Positions 11,844 to 21,160 of a stretch of 34,046 nt of DNA are shown in pieces; position 1 is the first letter of the stretch, and each line of letters starts with the position of its first letter. The notes under the pieces are model-generated. The model saw only the letters and a list, made by a program, of their open reading frames with translations. It was not told the DNA's origin and searched no databases. A program made the position numbers and the translations under genes. The stretch comes from Diploschistes diacapsis (Eukaryota), in the NCBI GenBank assembly GCA_023645945.1, contig JALAIB010000088.1, positions 1 to 34,046 of the forward strand, given 5' to 3'.

Positions 11844-12117
11844 ACCCCACATGGCGCTTGCCTCGGGGCTCAGCCCTTCATGAACACTTCAACTCTCATC
11901 TAGGTTAATTCGCCATCTGTGCGGTATGGGCCAAAATTCCGAGCAGATCCGACTTCCGCTTTCTGGGTTTGAGTCTTCGGTGTGGCGAAAAGGTAGGTCA
12001 ATATGGTAGGTTCTTCTTTGTGAGTGGACTAATTTCGTGATTTGATTTGCTGCTCTATTTGCATTGATACCCTAGGAATTGTTCGTGTTTCAAAATCGGG
12101 CTTTTACGGACCTCGTG

Positions 12118-12150
12118 ATGGTTGACCAATATGGTTGACCAATATGGTTG
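12118..12150. repeat. 13-nt tandem duplication (ATGGTTGACCAAT x ~2.5)
   Basis: atggttgaccaat atggttgaccaat atggttg, read directly. Confidence 0.85.
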
Positions 12151-13138
12151 GAATCGGTGAAGGTAGAGAAGAGGAAGTGAAGTACATCTGGAACTAATGT
12201 TGGGGATTGTTATGATCTCGCAGTGCTACTTATGGAGCTGGAGACTGACCGGGGTCTCGGAGGTACGGTAGGGCAATCTGCACGTTTTCTCGCACCGAGA
12301 GAATATGCTTGCTTGCACAATCTTGCACACCGGGCAGTGGCTTTGCATAGCAATAATCGATAAAAATATAGTATTGTAATTCTTGCTTGATTGAAAGGGG
12401 AAGCTTGCCCTTTGTGTGTTGATGCTCCCCGGGCCCAGGGCGGAGTTCTAAGCAGGTACTACTATATACTGCAAATAGTATAGTAAGTATCTAGTAGATA
12501 GAACTGAGTGCACCATCTCGTATATGGATATGGGCATCGGGGCCGAGAAAAAGGTACGCGGCCACAAGCCACGTATTCTTGGAAAAGCTCGAAATACCAT
12601 TGGCCCGTGATCTGATCGGATAACATTTTGTACCTTGTGCCTTGAACCTTCTTCCTTCAGAGCCACCAGGGGCCATTTACAACGTTCGTAGTATCTCCTC
12701 AACATCCTCAACATCCTGCGCTTAAGAGAGACTCCTTATCCTACAGCCTAGATTGTTTTGCTTTCTGTGCTTTACCGCCAAGTTTACTATGATAAAGTTG
12801 CGAACCTGGATCTCAGTAACGCTTGTCCCTCGGTCCAACACTTGACCCTCCTTCCGTTCCCCAACCGCAGAAACTCGACCGGAGGCCACCATCTTCGGCT
12901 ACCACGATCTCCATACTGGTTTGAGAAGACGATCAGGAAAAGGCATTGAGCACTATCTACAAGGCGACGAGAAGAGCTGGATGAGAGGAGACTGTATGCG
13001 GTTAACTGTTGTGCTGCTACAAGACGTCAATAGGATAAAGCGCCAGAGGTTATTCTGAGTCTCTCTAACACCACGTCGAGGAGTGGCAGCCCTTCCGCTC
13101 TTTGGGGTAGGGAAACCCAGTCCCATCATCTTCCCAGA

Positions 13139-14461
13139 ATGGTGGATGACAAGTATGTTGGTCTTGGTCTGGCAGTCATTGCCGGGATCGGCATAGGTAC
13201 AAGCGTTGTTATAACGAAAAAGGGACTGCAGAGTGCGCGCGACAAGCATGGCTTCCAAGGGGAGGGGCATCAATATCTCAAGGACCCAATATGGTGGGCA
13301 GGAATGCTCACAATGGCGCTCGGCGAATTCGCAAACTTCGCCGCCTATGCATTCGCGCCCGCCATCCTCGTTACCCCTTTAGGAGCACTCTCTGTGCTTG
13401 TCGGAGCCGTCTTAGGGTCATACTTTCTTCAAGAGCGGTTAGGCCAGCTGGGAAAGATTGGTTGTACGATCGCCCTCCTGGGCTCGATCATTATCGTTCT
13501 ACACGCTCCTCCGGACAAGGATGTCCAAACAATTGATGAAATTCTCCATTATGCGATTCAACCTGGTGAGTTCAGTTTGGCCCTTACAGTAGGGGGTTGC
13601 CTTGCTCGGTGCTGATCATTCATGTAGCGTTTCTCATTTACTGCATTTTTGTCGCGATATTTTCTGCCGTCATGATATACAGGATAGCGCCCAAGTACGG
13701 AAAGACCAACCCGCTGTACTATCTTTCGATTTGCGCTACGGTTGGATCAGTATCAGTGATGTCTATCAAGGCATTCGGAATTGCCGTGAAGTTGACTTTC
13801 CGCGGTGACAACCAATTCACACACCCTTCAACCTATGCTTTCGGCATTGTTACAGTGGTCGCCATTTTAACTCAGCTGAATTATTTCAACAAGGCACTCA
13901 ACGAGTTTCAACCCTCAATGTATGCCTCCAAAGCTTCAGCTCCCAGGTATCCCCGCTAATGCAAATGATAGAGTGAATGCGCTATACTATGTCACCTTCA
14001 CCACCGGCGTTTTACTTGCTTCTTTCTTGCTCTTTCAAGGCTTCAATACCACCGATGCCATCAACACGATATCACTACTTTCCGGCTTCATCACCATCTT
14101 CCTAGGAGTCTGGATACTCAACATTGCGCATAGGAACCCCAACGGGCAACCTATGGCTTCAATCGATGCGCAGGACGCTCTTCCAACAGACGGACTCTCT
14201 GCTCTGAACACGAGGTACAGCATGCAATCGCAGCGAAGTTTCGATCATCGACGGAGCATGAGCGCTTCGAGCGTGGTGTTTAGTCCAAGAACGCCGAAAG
14301 GGGATCGCGAGGGCTTGATGCGGGCTTTCGATACCGAAAATCAACAGTTTGGTCTTACGGACCTGGAAGAAGATACTGAGGGCGAAGCGGCCGAAGGCAG
14401 GCCCAACGGCAACGCAAGTCACTTACTGAACGGAAGTTATGTGCTAAAGGAGTCGGTATGA
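13139..14461 (+). CDS. NIPA / DUF803 family putative Mg2+ transporter, 3 exons, ~402 aa
   Basis: Exons 13139-13565, 13628-13919, 13972-14461 in frame. NIPA signatures YLKDPIWWAGM...GEFANFAAYAFAPAILVTPLGALSVLVGAVL, IIVLHAP, QLNYFNKALN and VNALYYVTFTT, with multiple hydrophobic helices. Confidence 0.93.
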
Positions 14462-14986
14462 ACATGGCGCAAGGCTTGTACGGGCATATGCATACTATCA
14501 AGTGGCGTTTCGGTACGGCATGGTGATTGATCATGAAGAAACATCGACATACTGCGGGTCTTGTAAGATCAGATTTTCAACATGAGGCCTGTAGCTGTTG
14601 GGGAGGTCGAATGTGTTATTGCGCCGCAGGTGCAGCTTTCTCAGTCACGAGGATTGTCACCGTGGCCGATAAAGTAACAAGATGAGAATATATCTAGCAA
14701 CTGACGTGGTGACGATCGAATGAATCCTTCTAGAAGTCTCAAGAATCTAGTATGCGAAAGGCAATTCCAGCGCACGTCATTACAGTATAGGAGCATCAAG
14801 TGCAACAAAAGCTAACTTTGCTGTATGTCATCATGTCGGAACGAGCTTAAAAGCAAACCCCGTAATGCACTGTAATTTCCATCGAGAAAGTGCAAGAGGG
14901 CTGCAAGGCTTTGTGCTTATCGGAGGGGTTTCAAAAAATACATTAAGTATGAAGAAGGTATGAGGAAAACTTAAATCTTGAGAAAA

Positions 14987-17900
14987 ATGCCGGGCCTGGT
15001 GAGAAAACTCTTAGTTGTTGCAGCGGTGGACGCTCTGTTTCTGCAGCCTCACTCTCACCGAATGCAAAAGCCATCTCCAGGAGTGCAGATTACTTACGGG
15101 AAAGCTGACATCAAACCTGCAACCACAACGCTCCCCAGTCATGGCTCAACACAGCCGTATCTTGAAATTCATGGCATAGTCGGCAAGTCATCACAGACTC
15201 TCACAAGGATTGTGCTTATGGCAGCCAGGCACCTTTACCATAGCTTCTACACCCTACCTGATCGTGATTACAAGCCGGAAACAGGTTGCACAAATATTCG
15301 GCAAACCTATCTTTGTGATTACCGGCGTTACGCTGATACCGCTCTCGTCTTTCGCCGAGGCCAGGTCCGCTATCGAAACATCTCGAAAAGCTCTTGAGTC
15401 GGGCGAGGGAAACCAAGCTGGTGCCGCAGCAGATAGTGATACTTCTGAGGACGAAGTCGATCATGCAGACCATGCTGCAGCCACCAGTACGGGAGTTGGA
15501 CCCCAACCCCTTGCGAAGGAGAGGCCTCAAGCTCTCACGGATTCCAGAGAAGGCACGTCTGTCGTCCAGGATGTGATCAGCAAAAAAGGAGCGTATGGAC
15601 GTTTTGCGGAAAGATGGTTTTCCAAAAATGGCTGGAGCGTCGAAAGGAGAAAGAGTCAAGGCATGAGCGCTGACGCTGCAGGGTCCTCTCAAACACAGAA
15701 GCCTTTAAAGGAGAAGCAAGACCCATCCTCGAACCAGGTCGCGGAGGTGGCTTGCAAAGCCGCACAACCGGACGAGTCTCTGGAGCAGGCCACGACCAGC
15801 ATCGTCGCTACTCTGACCCCCAAGCTCCTAAGGACTACCCGATTGTTGCTTAACTCTCGGAGCTTCTACTTCTGCTACGATCATGATATCACGCATCGAA
15901 TCGGCTCGCAGTCAGGCAAGAATAGAGGCATTCCTCTTCATAAGACCGCAGATCCGATGGTAAGAGCATGGTATTAATCCATTTAACGACAGTTCCTGAC
16001 GAATAGCAGTTCTTTTGGAATCGACACTTGATATCAGGTCTAGCTGCAGCAGGTTGTGATGAGCTTGTGCTGCCCGTAATGCAAGGCTTTGTAGGCCAGG
16101 GATCATTTACCATTGACACTGCACAACGCGCAATTACCGACTCAATGAACAACATTAGCGAGGTCATCGAGCTCCAAGACAACGCAACAAGCTCAGAGAG
16201 TTTCACGGCATCCTCCAGTAAGAAGGACTACCTTGTCACCTTGATCTCGCGGAGGTCTACGGGAAGGCCCGGCCTTCGTTACCTGCGCCGTGGTGTCGAC
16301 GATGACGGTAATACAGCAAATTTTGTCGAAACAGAGCAGATTCTCTCCGAGCCTTCATGGGCTCCCTCTGGTAAGGTCTACTCCTTTACCCAGATTCGGG
16401 GATCTATACCCCTGTACTTTTCGCAATCGCCGTACTCTTTGAAGCCGGCTCCAACTCTCCAGCATTCGTATGAAACCAACCATGCAGCATTCCGAAAACA
16501 CTTCGCGCAGATTATCGGCCGCTACGGATCGGCGCAGGTGGCGCTGTTGGTCGACAAGCATGGCACTGAAGCAAAGATAGGCGAAGCGTACGAGACACAC
16601 GTGAAGGACCTCAACGATGGTAACGGCATCGGCGGCAAGAAATTGGGGTTCGAATGGTTTGATTTCCATAACGTCTGTAGAGGCATGAAGTTCGAAAACG
16701 TGTCTCTCCTCATGGACTCGCTCGACGATATTCTACAGTTCTATAGCTCATCCGTGGAACTTGATGGTAATGTTACCCGGCCTCAGAACGGCGTCCTGCG
16801 AACCTCTTGCATGGACTGCCTTGACCGCACGAATGTCGTTCAGAGCGCTTGCGGGCGCTGGGCCTTGCAAAAGCAGCTGTCGGAAGAAGGCGCCACTCTG
16901 GACCTTCAAAGCGATACTTCCACGCGATGGTTCGATATCATGTGGGCGGATAATGGTGACGCGATTTCGAAACAGTACGCCTCCACTGCAGCCTTGAAGG
17001 GCGATTACACTCGGACAAGGAAAAGAGACTATCGAGGGGCTCTGAACGATTTCGGTCTTACGCTGGGTCGTTATTATAACAACATCGTTAACGATTTCTT
17101 CTCACAGGCGGCAATCGATTTTCTGCTCGGACGGGTATCCGATGAAGTGTTCCAAGAGTTTGAAGCAAACATGATGAGCGGCGATCCTGGTATGAGCGTC
17201 AGCAAGATGCGACAGAATGCCGTGGACATAAGCGTGAAAATTGTCGTTGAAGACCGAACGGAGGAGTTCCGTGGAGGGTGGGCAATGATCACACCACACG
17301 AATCCAATAGCCTACGGACCTTTCCCATGGAAGAGATGTTATTGTTGCTGACAGACGTCGCGCTATACGCGGTACGGTTCAATTGGGCTACCGAGAAAGT
17401 GAGTGCGTTCGAGCGGGTGGAACTGAAGGACGTTACGAAAATCTACCGAGGAGCGTACATCACGAACACATTGTCTTCTTTCCAGAGCGATGCGAAACGG
17501 AACGTCGGTTTGGTTGTGCAGTACAAGGTTGGGAACGAGACCGTTGCGCGCGTGAACACCCGTTCGATGTCCACTGCTGCCGAACTGCGCGAAGATCCGC
17601 AAGAGGAACCGCCTGCAGCGGAAGGGGCAGCAAACAAGCTACCAGAGTCATCGTCGTCGTTATCGTTATCGAAGCTAAATCCCGCCAATGCAGTCAAGAG
17701 TTTAGTTGGGGGCACTCCTGCCAAACCGACGTCGGGTAACCAAGAGATTCGCATCCTAGCCTTTAAGGCGATGCCGGCCCACTTTGGGGTAAAGGCTCAA
17801 GGTCAAGCACAAGGGCAAAGGCAAGGGCAAGGGCAAGGGCAAGGGCGCGAACCATCTGAAACTGAGCTGGTGCAGAACATCTGTGATGAGATTGCTCGTA

Positions 17901-18025
17901 ACGCCAAGAGGAAGCCGGAGGATTTGGTAGAGGAGAGGGACATCATCAGCTTGGCTGAGGCGAAGAGGAGCACTGGGCTGATCGAGCAATGGGGTCATTC
18001 TTTGAAGAAGCTTGTTTGGGCTTGA
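14987..18025 (+). CDS. Sac1-domain phosphoinositide phosphatase with C-terminal hSac2-type domain (Sac2/INPP5F-like), 3 exons, ~980 aa
   Basis: Exons 14987-15182, 15229-15959, 16010-18025 (first intron GC-AG). Sac motifs FYFCYDHDIT, FFWN, LISRRS..RPGLRYLRRGVDDDGNTANFVETEQI, QIRGSIPLYFSQ, intact catalytic CX5R(T) CMDCLDRT (16808-16831) and WADNGDAISKQYASTAALKGD. Confidence 0.93.
17795..17845 (+). repeat. Coding hexanucleotide repeat (CAAGGG)n encoding a Gln-Gly tract
   Basis: gctcaaggtcaagcacaagggcaaaggcaagggcaagggcaagggcaaggg encodes AQGQAQGQRQGQGQGQG in the Sac phosphatase C-terminus. Confidence 0.9.
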
Positions 18026-18326
18026 GCTTATCGCTTGGGGTTCGGACTGGAATATAGACATATTTCAGTCTGCTTGTTAAGAATCGTATTGTTCAGGACT
18101 TCTTTAAATTCCTCTTACTTTGTGCATGGTCGATACTGATTTATGTAATGAGTTGTGAATAAACGGAGTGATTCCCACATTATTACATACTACCTTGCGG
18201 AAGTTCTTTCTCAAACCTTCCTTCAGGGTGAGCTCACGCTCCGCTCTCCGCGGCCAGCCCATCTCAACACCTGCGAAGGACATCTAGAAGACGCACTCAG
18301 CATGCGCCGGTAATGGAGCAGGGACT

Positions 18327-20129
18327 ATGGGTTGTTGCACGTACCGAGCGTGCCGATCGCTAGCTTGTCGGTCCCAGTTTCCCAGGCAGCGCCACCTCCA
18401 TACCCTCAGCATCGTTTCCTCTAATCGTCGCCATTTTCACGACTACTTTGTTACTCAGCTCCCGTCGTCTTCCCTGCACCCAGACTCCCGCTCATCCGCC
18501 AGTCCGCGTCATAACCTCCCTCGCTCTGCCTCAAAACCGCACACACCTCGCTCTTATAACGATCCGTCGCCAGCCCCGGTTATAGGGACGTCGAGAGATA
18601 CCACGGTAGTCCGCATTCCTCTCCGCAGCGCAAAACACCATTTTGGTGTCTTCAGCTCGCGAGGTCAGAGACCCCACAACGAAGATGCCCATCAAGCAGG
18701 CGTTATCGAAATCCCTGCGTTCGCGAAGCGCATGCCCATCTCTTTAACCACGCGTGCGCCGCCGTCGAGTCCGTTGCAGGCTTATCGGGAAAAACAGAGG
18801 ATAGCGCAGGAACAGGTGGAGAATGAGGGGGATGGTACCAGCCAAGAGGGGACGTCGGCGCAAAATACGAGTGGGGACCCGCAGGTCTTCTACTTTGGGG
18901 TGTTTGATGGACACGGGGGGGCGGAGTGCTCTGATTTCTTGAGACAGAGCTTACACGAGTATATTGAGAGCGCGGTGGTGGATTTTGAGATGAAAAGCAC
19001 ACTCAAGGGACCGGAGCTGAGGCCACGGAGGGTGGTGGTGGAGTCCCCAGGCTCCGCAGGGTCCCCAACCTCGACACAGGACATCTCGAACCCACGAACG
19101 GGCAACGAACAAGAAGCTCACAACATCCACGGTAATTCGCAGACGAGGACCCTCCCACCTGGGTCTCGAGATACCAAGGATGCTCTCGAGGGAAGCCCAG
19201 AAGTACCACAGCAAGTCAACGTGCAACGTGCGCTAGATCTTGAGAAAGACCTGACGAAAGGCTGGAAGAAGCTTGTTGGAGGCTATTTCAAGCGCTACAA
19301 GCCCGAGCTATTCTCCCACACTGAGGGCGGCAACGTCTCAATATCCACCATCCTGACGTACGCCTTTCTCCGAGCAGACTACGAATTCGTCAGTGCCCAG
19401 GCTCGCAAGCCCGACGACGACAACGCAGACGCGCCACTGAACGCCTATGACGTACTTGACTCCCCAGCGCTCCGCATTGGGGGCACGAAGCGCTTCAAAG
19501 GCGGCAGCACCTGCTCGCTAGCTCTAATATCTACTCCCTCGCCCACACCCTTCTGGCACCCCTCGGCACCCTCGACATTGGTCGTTGCCCACGTCGGCGA
19601 CACCCGAATACTCCTCTGCCGCACCTCGGACGGCGCCGTTGTTCCCCTCACCACGAACCATCACCCCAGCAACCCCAGCGAGGGCAGACGCCTCCGGAGG
19701 TATGCCGGAAACATCGTCACCGATTCCTTCGGCGAGGAGCGTATGAGCGGCCTCGCTAACACGCGGGCGTTCGGCGACATACAGTCCAAGCGCATCGGCG
19801 TCAGCGCCGAGCCGGAGATCCGCCGCATCGAGCTGGCGGCCGCAGAGTACTCTTTTCTGCTCCTCATGAGCGACGGCGTGAGCGGCACGCTTTCGGATCA
19901 GGAGGTCGTGGACATCGTGAAAGAGGGGCGGACGCCGGAGCAGGGGGCGAGGGATGTGGTGTCGTTCGCTACGGAGGTTACGACGGAGGGGGACAATGCT
20001 ACTTGTATTTGCGTCAGGCTTGGGGGGTGGGAGAGAAGGTCCGAAGGCGGCCTAGGCTCGTTCGGCACGAAGGAGAGCAGGCAGTACAGGAGGGAAGAGG
20101 CGGCGGATCCGAGAGGGAGGAGACAGTGA
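18327..20129 (+). CDS. PTC6: Type 2C Ser/Thr protein phosphatase, Ptc6-like, probably mitochondrial; intronless, 600 aa
   Basis: PP2C motifs RGQRPHNED, FGVFDGHGG, GSTCS, VAHVGDTRILLC, LTTNHHP, LANTRAFGD, FLLLMSDGVS, GDNATC. The Arg/Ser-rich N-terminus without acidic residues looks like a mitochondrial presequence. Subfamily assignment is by recognition only. Confidence 0.88.
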   Translation: MGCCTYRACRSLACRSQFPRQRHLHTLSIVSSNRRHFHDYFVTQLPSSSLHPDSRSSASPRHNLPRSASKPHTPRSYNDPSPAPVIGTSRDTTVVRIPLRSAKHHFGVFSSRGQRPHNEDAHQAGVIEIPAFAKRMPISLTTRAPPSSPLQAYREKQRIAQEQVENEGDGTSQEGTSAQNTSGDPQVFYFGVFDGHGGAECSDFLRQSLHEYIESAVVDFEMKSTLKGPELRPRRVVVESPGSAGSPTSTQDISNPRTGNEQEAHNIHGNSQTRTLPPGSRDTKDALEGSPEVPQQVNVQRALDLEKDLTKGWKKLVGGYFKRYKPELFSHTEGGNVSISTILTYAFLRADYEFVSAQARKPDDDNADAPLNAYDVLDSPALRIGGTKRFKGGSTCSLALISTPSPTPFWHPSAPSTLVVAHVGDTRILLCRTSDGAVVPLTTNHHPSNPSEGRRLRRYAGNIVTDSFGEERMSGLANTRAFGDIQSKRIGVSAEPEIRRIELAAAEYSFLLLMSDGVSGTLSDQEVVDIVKEGRTPEQGARDVVSFATEVTTEGDNATCICVRLGGWERRSEGGLGSFGTKESRQYRREEAADPRGRRQ

Positions 20130-21160
20130 GTAGCTGCTTCGAAAGCATTGCTCTTTTATAGACAAAAAGTGCGACGTCGGCTGAGGGAGTGTGTTACCTG
20201 GGACGGGAAGGGGTCCCCAATCTTTTGACTTGTTGCATATCACATCGCGGAATTACAGGATATGCTGAAGTTCGAATTAATTTGTCAACAACCGTTATGC
20301 ACGCTTCGTATGACAGCCGGTCATATGCTACTATCCGTGGGATCTAAGATGCGCTGCCGTTGTACTACTCTTCTTACTTTGCATGCATGCACGAGCTGTT
20401 GCAGGCATTCATTGAAAGAAAAAGAATTCGAACAGCAGAAAAGAAAAACTCTATACCAAGCTTTTGTGACGGAAGATAATCGGCAACTGTCCTACTTGTA
20501 ATAGCTAGAAGGTGCTTTGGTGCTGTAGTTGGCCCCTCACCACCAGCCCACTTTTGTACAACTTGTAGAAGATTCTCATCTCCCCCCCCCATACGATAAT
20601 AATGACAACCAAACACCAACATCAACATCGGATGAAACTGGATACACCCCTTTAAAACATTGTTGTGTGAACTGTGATATATGGGAAGGTTCGACATAGA
20701 CTGCTTCTAAACTGAATAGATCGGCACATTGCGCTTGCCTGTACTTACGATCGTGCTTTGTTCCCTGTGAAGAAAGTGAGGATGCACTCTACCCTAACTC
20801 CTGTGCTGCTTCCTGGCTCACAACAGCTGAACAGTTCTGCCAAAAACTGCAACTACCCTGTCGCTACATACAAGAAACGGCCGGCCCACAACTTGTCGTC
20901 TGCCTCAAGGAGGAAAATAATGGTTGGACATATGCTCCCATGATAGCTGCCATACGCTACCTGCATACACCTTACCATATCCCACAAGCGATTGAACAGA
21001 GACGTTGCACCTAAACCCTTTAGACTGCCTCAACCTTTGCGAAGGGGGCTTTTCTTCGACCAGTTCCCACTTAGCCCGAACAAAAGTGCTTGTTTTTGCA
21101 TAGATCTGAGATAGAAGATAAGAAAGTAGCTGGAGAAGACCCCTGGCAGCAGCAGGCAAG

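Noticed and set aside
20130..21160. Possible tRNA, snoRNA or small gene between PTC6 and KAP104
   Set aside because: No cloverleaf, A/B boxes, convincing C/D boxes or protein-like ORF seen by eye; a tRNAscan-SE or Infernal run would be needed to exclude them formally.
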